Below, piece after piece: positions 13,425-26,060 of a stretch of DNA of 64,000 nucleotides. A program made the translations under genes and the position numbers. A model generated the notes under the pieces. It worked only from the letters and a program-made list of their open reading frames with translations. It was not told the DNA's origin and searched no databases. Position 1 is the first letter of the stretch, and each line of letters begins with the position of its first letter. The stretch is from contig NW_026250421.1 in the NCBI RefSeq assembly GCF_024521635.1, forward strand, positions 186,001-250,000, written 5' to 3'. The DNA is from Tricharina praecox (taxonomy: Eukaryota).

Positions 13425-14826
13425 ATGACCTCTCCGCCGCCACGACCACGATCCGCAACACCAGAAGTACAATCGCAAACATGGCCGCACATCACCTCCC
13501 CGCCCCGTCTAGTCGCCAGCACGGGCACCACCTACAGCGGCAGCATCGCCGCAACCTCGGACTGTCCCACCCGCCCCGACGCGTCCGAAAGTAACCTGTT
13601 CAAGTCGCTGCAATGGTGCGCATCTTTCCCCCGTAACAGCTGGCCGATATAGATATACTGACTTTCCGGGCCACAGGACCTCCGACGGCAGCACGCTGCT
13701 CACACACTCCGAGGACGGCGGCCTGCGGACCTTCATCCTTCCACCAGACATCCTCTCGCCCACCCTCACGCCCCTCACCCCCTACTGCACCACCTTCCTC
13801 CCGCACCGCATCTACGCGACCGCTCTCTACCCCTCCAGCAGCCTCTCCACGCCGTCGACACTCCTCTACCTCGCCTCTTCTCGCGGGGGTCCAATCCGGC
13901 TCCACTCCCTCCTACACCCCACCCTGCTCGCCTCCTACCCGCTAATAAACGCGCACACGGAATCCTACCTCACGCCGCACTCCCTTCTCATCCCGCCGCA
14001 CCGGCCACACACATTTATCGCCGGCAGCGCCAGCTCCCTTTCCTTCTTCGACCTCCATCGCGCGGGCAGCGCGCCCGTGCGCACGCTGCGCACGATCCCG
14101 ACGCGGAGAAGCCCGGCGACGACGGTTACTATGAAGGGGCTGATTACAGCGCTGGCGCTGGGGGGTGGGGGTGGGGGTGCAGGTGGGGGCGTGCTCGCCG
14201 CCGCGACGAATACGAGGCAGGTAGGACTGTATGCCGGTGATGGCAAGGGGGAGGTCGTCGGCGTGTTTGGCCTGCCCAAGGAGCCGAGGGGGGAGGCCGG
14301 TGGTGGCGTTACCCAGCTGGAATGGAGTAAGTGCGAGAGGTACCTGTTCATTGCGGAGCGCAGGAGTGAGGTCGTTACGGTCTACGATATTAGAAACACC
14401 GGGCGGCGAGTGGGGAGTCTGATGGGCCGTGGGGCGGCGACGAATCAGAGGGTGGGGGTTAGTGTGGCGCACGCGCTGGGGGGCGAGGTGCTGGGTGGTG
14501 GCATGGATGGGATGGTCAGGGTTTGGGAGGGGGAGGAGGGCGGGGAGGCCGTGGGGGGGTGGAGGGCGCATGAAGATGTCGTCACTGCTGCCGTCGTGCA
14601 TCCGTTTGGTGAGGTCGTCGCTACGTGCTCTGGGTCGAGGAAGACGTTTGGGCTGGGCGGGGGGAGGGGTAGTTGCGGTGGGGGTGGGAATAGTAGTAGC
14701 AGCAGCAGCAATGGGGATACAGATACAGACACAGACACGGATGCACCGCCGTGGGACAACAGTCTCAAGATTTGGGAGGTTCCGCGAGCACACACGCACT
14801 CGTCACCGGAGGACAGAGAACCATAG
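13425..14826 (+). CDS. SWT21: WD40 protein, SWT21/WDR79(TCAB1)-like; intron about 13616-13676
   Basis: Spliced FKSLQW-TSDGSTLLTHSED, ASYPLINAHTESYLTPHSL, GGVTQLEWS..RYLFIAERRS..YDIR, TNQR, VHPFGEVVATCSGSR, DNSLKIW. Confidence 0.82.
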
Positions 14827-15026
14827 CCAGTCGGTGATGGTAGAGCGGGGAAACATATTGTACAGATCTCAATCCAACCCTCTCGTCTCAATTCCTCATC
14901 TCCCCCGCCGTGATTTTCTGTACACCCTCCGTCGTCCATCGTCGTCCATCTTACATCGCAAAAGAAACGCCATTCACAAATGCTTTTTTTCCACCTCGTA
15001 TCCGGTCTGACTGAGTGTGCGTGCGT

Positions 15027-15601
15027 CTACTCGTTGATCTTGGCCAGGAGCCTGTCGTGTCCCATCAGCCCACCGCACTTCGCCGCACCTCGCTGCACAG
15101 GAAGAAGAGGGTACTTACTCGTGGTCCCGGAAGATAGTGTACTCCTCATCCCCAACCTTGACGGGGCTTCCACCGTACTGCCATCACACACACACATATC
15201 AGCCTATGCCCTTTCCCACGCCCTTTCCCTTGTCCCATCCCCCACCCATCCCCCATCCCCTCCCCATCCCCATCCCCATCTGCGCCCCAGGAAGTACTCA
15301 CAGGCGGAATCAACACCCTATCGCCGGGCTTGACGGAGACGTCGATGCGCTTGCCGTCCTTATCGGTGTGGCCGGGGCCGACGGCGAGCACACGCGCCTC
15401 GCTCAGCTTCTCGACCGTGCTCTCCGGCAGGAAGATTCCCGACGCAGTCTTGACGTCGGCCTTGACGCGCTGCACCAGGATGCGGTCCAGCAGCGGCGCC
15501 AAAGACTTGATGTTGCGGAGGGAGGTGGCCTGGTTGCTGGGTTAGCTGCTGAATGGTGGGAGTGTGAGGCGGGGAAGCGGGGGAGGGGAGGGGTGTACCA
15601 T
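15027..15601 (-). CDS. HSP10: Mitochondrial 10 kDa chaperonin; 4 exons, the first being the ATG only
   Basis: IKSLAPLLDRILVQRVKADVKTASGIFLPE...VLAVGPG...GDRVLIP, then spliced YGGSPVKVGDEEYTIFRD and LLAKINE*. Confidence 0.95.
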
Positions 15602-16019
15602 TGTGTGTTGCTGTGGGGTGGTGGGTTGGTGGTGGTAATTGAGTTGTGAAGTTAGAGTATGGGAGAGGTAGAGTGCAGATTGGGAGAAGAAGAAGTAGTA
15701 GTTCGCTCGCTCTCTCGGACCGAAGGTAGGATAACCAGAACCTCGCATCAAAATATTCTAGATTCTTCCACCTTGCATCCGTGCCAAGACGCCAGTGCAT
15801 TGCCGAACTCCCCTCGCACTCGTCTCCTGCCGCCGCCCGCCGCCCGCCCACAACATCTCACCACTCTGTTAAAATAAACAAAAACATAAAAGCAAAAAGC
15901 AAGGTATCTCATTGCGCATTAAAAATAAAAAAAAAGAGTTGCTCCCCGGAAAAGTACAATAGCGAATCCAGCTGGCCATACATTAAACCCATATCATCAC
16001 CGAAAGAAGGTACAACCGT

Positions 16020-17627
16020 TCACTGCGACGCCGTATGCATCATCTGCTCCAGCTTTGTCATGTACAGGTCGATATGGGCGCGCAGTCGGTCGTATTCCAC
16101 CTTCGCCAAGGAGTACTCTTCCTCCAGCTTGCCCTTGAGCTCTGCCATCTGTGACGGGACCACACGAGTTAGAATAAACAAGTAGTACACATCAGAGAGG
16201 CACTCCCGTACCTCTTTCTGCTTGATGTCGGTCTTGGAATTGATCTTGTCGATCTGTCGGTTTGTGGCTGAGCGCTCCTCGGAGAGCGCAAGGTACTCTG
16301 CCTTCAGCTTCTCCATGTCCTCTTTGGTTGCCTCCCGCCGAGCAACCGCTTGGTTCCTGGCCCGTGTAAGCTTCTCCTCTGCATTCGCGAGGGTTCTTCG
16401 CAGACGCTGGACGGATGGTGGTTAGCCTCGCATGTCTTCAGTAACGTCGGATACAAACACCTCTACCTCTTCGTTCCTTTCAATCTCCTTCACCTCGGAT
16501 TCCTTGTTGTGAAGTTGTTCCTGATAGCGTTGCAACTTGCGTTGGCACTCCTCCATTCGGATCAGTTCCCTTTGACAATCCTCCATGAGCTTGATGCAGT
16601 TCCCAACATCCACCTCGACAATCGAGAAACTATCCGACGACGTTTGTAGCGCGCGGCGCTGTCGTTCCGCCGCGTCCACCGCCTCCTTCTCGCGGTGGAG
16701 CGACTTGACGAGATCTGTGATGACAAGCTGCAGCTGTTCCGGTGAATCAACAATGTAAGGCTGAAGCTTCTGACATTCTTGCCGGTTCGCCTGGATCAGG
16801 TACTCCTGGTCCTGGAGAGCCTTGACGAGCAATTGCTTCTCGTCCTTAACCTTCGTGACCTCATGTGCCAACACGTTCTGCTTCCGCCCGAGTTCCCGGA
16901 GTTCTTCCGTGAGCTGCTTGTTCTTCGCCTTGGCCTGGTCGAGTACGGGCTCCTCCCGCTTCCGCTGCGCCTTCATGTCGGCCACCCGCTTGGCGAGCAA
17001 CTCGTTCTCGTCGTGCAAGCGCTCGATCTGTTCCCGCGTCTGTTCTCCGCGCAGCAGCAGCGCTTCGGTGTGGTCTGTCTTCCCGCCGCGGTACCTCAAA
17101 AAGTTAATCACGTTAGAAAGGATAAACTTCAGCCGCTCGGTCTCGGGCTTTGTCAGGTCGTTGAACGAGAAGTCGCGGACGCCGCACTCGACCATCAGCG
17201 CCAGCAGCGACGAGTAGAACGCCGTGACCATGGCCGAGTCGTAATGCGCCTCGGGGTACTCCTGCTCTCCCGTCGCCGCCTGTATTATCGGCTCGACGGA
17301 CTCCCGGCTGACGCCCATAAGCGAGTTGACGAAGCGCTCGAATAGGTACTGCACTCGCATCGGCGTCGGCTTGTTCAGGTCGTCCATCGTGAAGTTGATG
17401 CCGAGCTCGGCGAGACACTCGATGATGTCGTTGGTTTTCTGTAATGGTGAGCGTCCACTCCTCAATGCACTACCCCGAGGAAGGCTTTTGGTCCCTACGA
17501 GAATTAGATCGTGCTCCAGCTGCTGCTGCTGCTGCTTCTGCTTCTTGTTCACCATTGACCCCGGCGTCTTGGGATTGTTCCCCTGTGACGACCGGAACAT
17601 GTTGCTCTGGCGAGGGTTGAAAGCCAT
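16020..17627 (-). CDS. NUF2: Kinetochore Ndc80-complex subunit Nuf2; 2 introns near the 3' end
   Basis: CH domain IIECLAELGINFTMDDLNKP...CGVRDFSFNDLTKPETERLKFILSNVINFLRYR, YIVDSPEQL, long coiled coil. Confidence 0.93.
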
Positions 17628-19254
17628 CGCTCGTTACTCTCCGCGAGGGCGGCCGTCTCAACAACAAAAGATGGTGGGGCTAAGATTGCAAGGTGCGTTC
17701 GGTGTCTTGATTTCGCGGTGTACGGTGTGTAGCTACAGGCTGTCCGTGTTCGCGTTGTCTCTGTCGTGGGCGCGGTAACTATGGTGTAGTGGGGGTCGAT
17801 CGATTGCGAAGCGTCGTGTCCGGTGGTTGTCCGTTACACACACCTGCACGACCACGCCAAGCGTAAACAAAAACACCAAACCCCCGTCGCATCTGCCATC
17901 GCAACCGCGTCGCGGCTAGACGGTCAGGTGACAGCCGATGACGTAATTCGATAACAAGCGGCGACTTCACTTGTCGCATGCAATGAACGACGAGTACCGT
18001 AGGTGCCTACCCGCAACCACAGACACGACGACCACGCATTCTCCTTGCGAGCGGGTGCGGACATGGCTACCTACCTGAGTACTTGCCGGTATCGTCGGAC
18101 AGCTATATGTATGAGCGTCAAAGTGAAGCCGTGATCCTCAGTGGGAGTTACCGGGCGGGGGTTCCAACTTCCGCCTCTACACTAGGTGCATGCGAATACA
18201 GGCAGAAGTGGAGGCCGATCTCCTCGCGGCCTTCCCCGCAGATCGCTTCGTACCCGCATAGGGGTGCCTGGTTGGGCTGGTTTCTCTTCTCCACTCCACT
18301 CTGTCTAGTGCTGCGCTGTGTCCGGACTGTGGAGTTTGGCTCCCCCTCGGGATCCTGTAATAGATCACCACAGGCACCGGCAACGACAAGGGCTGGACTC
18401 GACGGGAACCAGAACTATGCGGCTTCACTCCATTGTGAACACTGAAGCCAACTGCCATGTACCTACTATATGCATATCTGCGGAAATGTCCGGGTCCAAC
18501 GTGAGGAACAATCACAACGCCGTGCTCTGGGGATTCGGGCTTTGTTCGCTGCAGCTGGCCACCATCCACCAGACACAGCCGAGGCGGCCCGGCATGAGTT
18601 CGCAGCGGCCCTTGCTTAAGCGGCGGGATTCGCGCCGTTGATTCGCTATCGGCTTCCTCCGGCTCTCCACGGATGCAGGAGCACTGGCGCGGTGGTGGTG
18701 GTGGCTGTGGCCTAGGTAGGTACCGGTATGTATTGCACATAGCAACCCCATGTGGCACAAAACTCCACATGTGGCACAAGAGTGTCCTCCCCAAAACACT
18801 GGCACCGGCACTCACATCGAACTGGCAGTCAAACGTTGCACGGAACGTCACGAGGATCAATACTAGCAGTATGATGACCCACCACATAGTAACGATGATG
18901 CTGTGCTCTGCTCATCCTGGGAGCTTTCGATCCCAGTCCCGGAAGACACTTACCAGCCTGGTCGGCCTGTGAATGATCAAGGCAAAGGAGGGACTAATCC
19001 CCCAATCCCCCCAGTCCTTTCTCCCCTCCCCGTCCCTTCCCTCCTCGTCTGCCCTTTGACTTGTCACCAGCCCCTGCCTGCCTACATCTTACCTCTATCC
19101 CGCTACTACTACATACCCCCCATCAAGCCCTCAAAGCCCATTGTCTGCTGTCCTCCAACTACATTCCTCATATTACCTCCTACTGTTATTCCCATATCCC
19201 ACCTATCCAGCACCTGACTGTCCTTCCTCGAGTCTGACCCACCACCTGATCGAA

Positions 19255-20433
19255 ATGACCGGCTCTCACCTCATCCTCCGTCCCGCCACGACCAAGGAAG
19301 TGCAGTACATCCACGACCTCAACTCGTCCGCCTGGGCCGGAGATCTAACCGTCGAGGCGTACCACGCACGGGAGCGGACGCTTGCCTCCACCCCGCTGAC
19401 CCGCAACGGCGGACTGAGTGCCTGGGTCCTCGTGAATCCGGAAGCTCCGCAGGAGGTCCTCTCGTCCTGTGAAACCATAAAGAAGCATGCTTTCGTGTCG
19501 AGGCTGCCGGTCAATGAGGATGTTGTCCCGTCGGTGAAGCAGTGCACGGTCCATGGCGTGGGCAGTGTTTTCACGCCCGTCGAGCATAGGGGGAATGGAT
19601 ATGCGGGGACTATGTTGCAGCTGCTGGCGGAGACCCTGAAGAAGGGGAATGCTGAAGGGTTCAGTGTGCTGTACTCGGATATTGGGAAGGTTCGTTTCTT
19701 TGGTTGACCGGGTGGTTGACTGGTTGGCTGGTTGGTTGGAGACGTGCGTGCTGACCGCAAACAGGAGTTCTATGCTAGGCTCGGATGGCTGCCCCACCGT
19801 TCATCGCATCTCGAGTTTCCTGCAATTGAGGAAGCCGGTGCCCACACCACCGGTGTAAAGTCCTTGCGGTCGACGGATGTGCCCTCTCTCTGCGTCAAGG
19901 ACGTTGCAGCCCTCACAGAGTTGCTTTCCCGGCCACACCCCAGCGTCGATACACGGATTGCGTTCGTCCCAGACTACCAGACGATGGAGTGGCACTGGAC
20001 ACGCGAGGAGTTCGTGGCGCCTATGCTTAGAAAACATATGGACATCAAGCCCGAGATCAAAGGAGCCATCACTGCCGACGGTAAGCGATGGTTCTTATGG
20101 AACAGGGACTTTGGGAAGGGGACCTCGCAACTGTACATCCTACGCTACGTCAACCTGTCTCGTAGTCTCAGCGACGTGGACGAGGAGAACCATGTGGCAA
20201 GACTATTCCGAGCGGCCGGTATCGAGGCTCAAAAATGGGGCCTCCAGAAGGTGATCATGTGGAATCCGAACGAGATCTGTGTCCGGGCGGCGCGAAGGGT
20301 GGCTGGGCCAGCTGCGCGGGTCGTCGACAGGGAAACGGACTCGATCTGCTCGGCGATGATGCACTCCAGACAGCAGGGCAGCGGGCCGGAAGAGGTGGAT
20401 TGGGTTGCCAACGAGAAGTATGCCTGGTGTTGA
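19255..20433 (+). CDS. GNAT-family acetyltransferase, LYC1-like (lysine N-acetyltransferase); intron about 19690-19764
   Basis: YHARE, LSSCETI, GVGSVFTPVEHRGNGYAG (motif A), SVLYSDIGK-EFYARLGW, C-terminal WVANEKYAWC. Confidence 0.85.
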
Positions 20434-21769
20434 TATTTCGGACTTGCCTCGTCTTTTCCACTGGATGTTCCTTCTTTCATTGCCCCATAGGGTATGGTGT
20501 TTTGGGTATCTGGTGTTCTCGGTGTTTGTATTTTGATTCATACCGGTAGATTCATTCATCGCCATGGATCCGCGCTCTTGATCTGGGATCTGCCTGAGCG
20601 GGGGACGGGTGGATAATGTGTTCTATTATACCATACTTGCACCGGCGTGGGGTCGAGCGGCGTATTGTAGGCTTTATTTTTCGGGAGATGGATAGGATTG
20701 GATGGCGACGGATGAGGGAATGCTCTGGAAACATTGATGCAGATGCAAAGAGTGGCTGATAGCTGAACTTGAGGCAATATATATGAGTACATGTGCCATG
20801 ATATTGGCTTTATTTGGAGTGTTTTACTGTGACTCGCACTCTCTGCGGTGTTGGCCATGGTGGATAGTGATCGGTTCGATACGACGAGTGGTAGTGGCCG
20901 CTGGCTGACGCGGGCTAGCTGGCTGAGAGAAAAGCAGGTGACCAGTGAGGTGGCGAGCAAAGCCGATTATGCCATGCGGGCCCTATATCTTGCAAGGGAC
21001 TTCACCGCAGATAGGCCGCCCCTCCGCTCTGGACCTCCGAGGTGGCGTTTCTGCTGCTGCTTTAGTGCGATGCCACGCTGCGGCTGCAAAGTCGGCGAGT
21101 ATTGCGTGTGATTAAAAGCGGTTGTTGGGGGCATCGAACACGAAGATGTGGATGAGTCCCGTCGGTAAACGAAGTCTGCAGACTCCAGAGCAATCTGTTT
21201 GGTGGTTGTTGATCCGGCCCTTGCGGCAGTGTTTCTGCTTCTTCTTCTGCTGCTGGGATTCGTCTCTTCTTCTCGTCTCTTCTCATCGTATTTTCTTTTT
21301 TCTCTTTTTTTTCCTTTTCTTTCTCTTCAGAAAAGAACGGTGGTTGCGTCTCACTCCGAGTTCGACTATTCTTGTCGCGGAGATTACTATCACTCAGTCA
21401 CTGCGACTCTATTACTCGATTCCCGGACTCGACACGACAACGACAACCCAACCCAGCTCAGCCCAGCCCGCCCGCCAGACCCAAAAACCACCACCACCAC
21501 TCCCACCACCACCACCTATTCTGCGTACTACCACTCCACCCAACACCTAAAACTCACTACCACCCCCAAATTTCAAGCTCAAGCCACTCCAGGTTGAGGA
21601 CGGGAACACACCCCCAAGAAACTCTACCACCCTACATACTCCTCCACACCCTCCCACCCACCCAACCCAAACTCAACCCCAACGGCATCTGATACTCACA
21701 CTCGTCGCCTTATCGCGCGGCGTCTAGAGTACAGCCGCGTTACTCCAGTCCATCCGCTTCGACGAAGGC

Positions 21770-23769
21770 ATGCCGGGGAAGATCCTTCTTCCTTCCGCCG
21801 ACGACAACTCAATACGCGATATGTCTTCCACAACCACGAGTACGGCGGCTATGGCCCAGTCGAATCCGCCCACAGATCCGGCGCTGTTGGCGCCGCCGCC
21901 CCAGCAGCTCGCAACGTCGGTCGACGCGCAGGATCACGATCGGAAAGATGTCGGCGCTGCCGATTTGGCCGCTGCTGCAGCTTCGTCGGCCGAATTGGTC
22001 AGCCGCACCGTCGCTGCTTCCGCCAACGACGAGTTCCTGCAACAGCTTCAGCAACAGCAGCAACAGCAGCAACAGCAGCAACAGCAGCAACAGCAGCAAC
22101 AACAACTGCAACTGCAACAGTCAGAACCCACCCAGCAGACAGCGCAATCCCATCAGGTCGTGTACATGATGCCACAAGTCCAGAGTCCACAACTCCAACC
22201 GTCGTCGCAACCCATAACCCCTTCCGGCGGCGGCCAGGTATGCAGGTAATATAATTTCCCTCACCGCAATCCTCCAAGTCGGGCTCGTAGGTCTGACTTT
22301 CGCCGTTTAGTAACTGCGGAACTACTCGTACTCCACTGTGGCGTCGCGCCCCCGACGGAAAGACCATCTGCAACGCCTGCGGCCTCTACCAGAAGGCTCG
22401 AAATCAATCGCGACCGACGAACCTGAAGCGACCGCCGCATACCTCCACCATCGCTGCCATCCAGGGCTCCAATGGCGCCACGTATGTTGCGGCTGATCAG
22501 GTTTCCTCGGGAACGTGTCCGGGCGGGGGCAGCTGCAACGGGACTGGTGGTGCCGAGGGCTGCAACGGGTGCCCCGCTTACAATAATCGCGTGGCAAAAG
22601 CCGCGCAGCTTACGATTCCGCACTCTGGTGGCTGCGGGGGCGGTGGTTCCGACGGAGGTGCTGCTGCTCAGGCAGACACTACGATGCAAGGCACGACTCC
22701 AGCGACTGTTCCGTCCCCTTCGCCTCAGCCGCAACAGGTGCAGTCTCAGGTACAGACGCAGCAACAGCAGCAATCTGGCGGAAGGGGCGGATCGCCGACT
22801 ACCACGGTCGTCGTGGCTTGTCAGAACTGCGGTACCACCATCACCCCGCTTTGGCGTAGGGATGAGAGCGGTCACACGATTTGCAATGCTTGCGGTATGT
22901 CCACTTTCTCGACTTTGACTGGTTGCTCTCTTTATTGGTATCAGATGCGGTGCCGTCACCCTTGTTATCGGTCCATAATCAGATGATCGGATGGTGTGGT
23001 GATCCTCGCGAGTGAGTTAGATTGCTGACAATTATATCGCGATCCCACAGGCCTGTACCACAAGCTCCATGGAGTGCATCGTCCCGAGGCTATGAAGAAG
23101 ACCATCATCAAGCGCCGAAAACGGGTTGTTGCTCCCGCCAATGGAAACTTTCCGTCCAGACCGGCCACTGCTGTCGTTACCATTTCACAGCAGGCCCATC
23201 AACATGGTCCTTCCGCCGACGGATCCCAGATTGACACCGAGATGGGTGGGATGTCCATTGCTTCGCCCACTCCAGCGCACCGTAGTCAAATCGCTGTGGA
23301 TTTTACGACCCCACGTCCTTCGGCGTCGACATCGGCGGCTCCTGTGGCTCCTATGCAGCAAAACAAGGAGCCAAACGCGGCTGGAACATACGAAAATCCC
23401 CAATCCAGGCAGCGCAAACGCTCCCTGTCGCAAGCTATGGACGCTGATTCCCCAGATGGAAGAGGCCACCAGTCCATCAGCTCGATCCTGAACAACACCC
23501 ATGCCGGCACTGGTGGGGATGTTCCCATCGAGCCGAGTCTACTTGCTCTCGGGATTGTTAACAGTGCCGAATTGAGCCCGGACCAGAGGCGTCAGCAGCT
23601 GTTGGAACGCAAGGCTGCGATCGAAAACGAGGCAAATAAACTCCAGAAGGCGTTGGAAATCTGCAACGCCGAAATCCAGAAGATTGAAGAGAGCAAAGAC
23701 GCGATCACGGCAACAAATAATGAGATAGTGGCCAGAGCGGTCGCTGCAACTGCCGCTGTTGAGAATTAG
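21770..23769 (+). CDS. sreA: Iron-responsive GATA repressor of SreA/SRE/Urbs1/Fep1 type; introns about 22246-22310 and 22895-23050
   Basis: Two GATA fingers ([55 protein letters not shown]) flank the Cys-rich [27 protein letters not shown] segment; C-terminal coiled coil. Confidence 0.95.
22039..22120 (+). repeat. CAG/CAA trinucleotide repeat encoding a polyQ tract in SreA
   Basis: (CAGCAACAG)n tract visible in exon 1. Confidence 0.95.
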
Positions 23770-24356
23770 GGGTTCCTTGACCTCTGGTATGAGCATCTGC
23801 CTGAAAATCTAGGCTACGGAGATGACCATTTCCACCGCCATGCTTACTGATCTCCCACTACCTCTTTTACATTGCATATCTTACTTTTTCGCTCTTGCTC
23901 GATCTTCTTCGTTACGTGTAATGGATTGGCGCAATTGCAACCTGACACCACTCTGGATTCTGTTTCTGTTTCTTTTATTGCTTTTTCTTGGATCAATCAG
24001 AAAAGAAATGCGGATCGATGGAGGATGTGGTGAAGGCGGAGTTGGCTGTGTTTTTTGCTCTCTTTTCTGCTGGGTGTAATGTTTGTTCTGCGTCCACGTT
24101 GCTCTTTTCCTTTGGCGTTTCGAATGCACTTGATATGGGGATCAATCATTTTTTTTGTTTATTCTTCACTTTATCCCCTCATGTTTTCTCGACGATTATC
24201 CCTGTGTTTGATCATCCTGTATGTACATACAAACGAGATATTCTTTCTCGGCCGGATAGATACACTGCTGCGACAGTGGTGGTCGCAAAAGACTGCATGG
24301 GATATCACTCGCCGTGAAAATCCGTCCGAGACTGGTCTTCCGGCAGCAGAATTACT

Positions 24357-25060
24357 CTACTCCTTCTTTCCACCCTTCGAGACTTCCATCAATACCCTCC
24401 TAGCAAGCTCTTCGTTGCTCGCAAACGGCGCATTAAAAGTACCGGGCAATCCCTTGATCCTGTACGAATCTGTTCCATCATCATCAGCACCACCCTCGCC
24501 ATCCCCAATTTCCCAAAGAAGAAGAAGAAGAAGAAGTACTCACTCGCATTATCCTTCGCCACGCCCTTCACCCCTTCCTCCCCCGCCTCCTTGACCACTC
24601 TCGCGAGCAAATCCCTCCCCAGCCCACTGCGCCTATACCTCAGCAGCACCGTCCACGCCCACAGCTCGCCCTGCCTAACCACAGCGACACCAACAACCTT
24701 CTCACCCCACGTGGCCACAACCGTCTTCGTCCCCTCCTCCTCCTCGTTTAGCACCTCTATCCCCTCGCGCCCCATCCTCTCCGCCTCCTCAAGGTACTGC
24801 GCGCCCTCCATGCGTATAGCGCTCAGGATCGCGATGCAGACGCCCGAGAGCAGGATCACGGCTGTGGGGATGTTGGTGCGGTTCAGGTAGAAGACGAGAG
24901 AGAGCAGGCTGAGCGAGGGGAGGAGGAAGACGGGAGAGGACAGGATTGAGCGGGATAACGTCTGTCGCTGCTGCGCGATCGAGTCGGTTATTAGATGCAG
25001 TGCCGCGGCGCGCTCGCTAGCAGGGCAGGGGTGGAGGGAGAAGGCGGGGAGGTTGGACAT
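24357..25060 (-). CDS. Membrane-associated GNAT-family acetyltransferase (fungal); intron about 24470-24543
   Basis: LITDSIAQQRQ, two hydrophobic segments, VATWGEKVVGVAV, AWTVLLRYRRSGLGRDLL (motif A), spliced ANSYRI..LPGTFNAPF...KKE*. Confidence 0.8.
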
Positions 25061-25383
25061 TGTTGAAGGTTGGACGGTGGATTGGGGAATGCCGGAGCGT
25101 AGATGGGAGGGAGAAGAGAGAGAAGAGAGAGAGAAGTTTTCGGTGACGACGTATGGATGTAGAGTAGAGTATGTGTGTGGCCGGCGGTCAGGATCAGGAC
25201 CGGAGCCAATCCCAGCTGCAGCCTTAAACACAAGCTTTCCAGCCTACCTGCCGGACTCCCGGGATCTTAGTTAGAGTAGATACGGTTGATACACACATAC
25301 GAAATTCACGCGCGCGTGTTTCCGCCATCCCCCACCACGCTCCCCCCTCCCCACCACCCCACTGCACCACAACCGCCGCAACA

Positions 25384-25926
25384 ATGGTCCGCTACAAAGC
25401 CCGCTACCTGCTATTCAACATCCTGTACCCGCCGAACACCATGTCGCCCTCGACATCCACACACATCGACTTCCTCGCGCCGACGCCCAGCGTTTCGCCC
25501 AGCGAGCTTGCGGCGCTGATACGCGACAGCCTGCTGCGGGAGTTCGGTGACCACGGCGCGGGGATCGCAGGGAACCTATCCGGTATTGTTTTGTTCCCCC
25601 TCCCCCTACCGTACTCTCTGCAAACCCTCCGCCGCTGGGGGCTAATGAGAGAATGAATAGTGAAATACTTCTCCCCCGTCACATCCACCGGCATCGTGCG
25701 CGTGTCGCGCGAACACGTCCGCCTGGTCTGGGCGGCGCTGACGTATCTGCCCGAGGTGCGCGGGAAGCGGGTGGTGGTGCGCGTGGTGCACTGCGCGGGG
25801 ACGATCAAGAAGGCGGAGCGAAGGGCGGTGGGTAGGGCGGGGAAGGAGGTAGGGGTCGTGTTGGAGGAGATGGAGGAGATGGAGGGGCTGGAGGACGGGT
25901 GGGATCAGGATATAGAAGAGGAATAA
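25384..25926 (+). CDS. POP5: RNase P/MRP subunit Pop5 (Rpp14/Pop5 family); intron about 25583-25660
   Basis: MVRYKARYLLFNILYP, IRDSLLREFGDHGAG, VKYFSPVTSTGIVRVSREH..LVWAALT, VVHCAGTIKKAE. Confidence 0.95.
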
Positions 25927-26060
25927 TAACTAAAACACCCACACCCACACATACCCCATTTTTGGTGGTGGCCGCGGATTGAATGTCACTATGCGCCAAC
26001 GTTTGTAGTCCGAACTCCGGACGGCTACCTTCGACCGAGGCCAGCACCTTGATCTCGACT

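Noticed and set aside
15027..16020. HSP10-HSP60 head-to-head pair
   Set aside because: The upstream neighbour is the NUF2 3' end; no HSP60 is in the window.
18083..18972. Overlapping ORFs between NUF2 and the LYC1-like gene
   Set aside because: No coherent protein features or splice pattern; treated as a divergent promoter/intergenic region.
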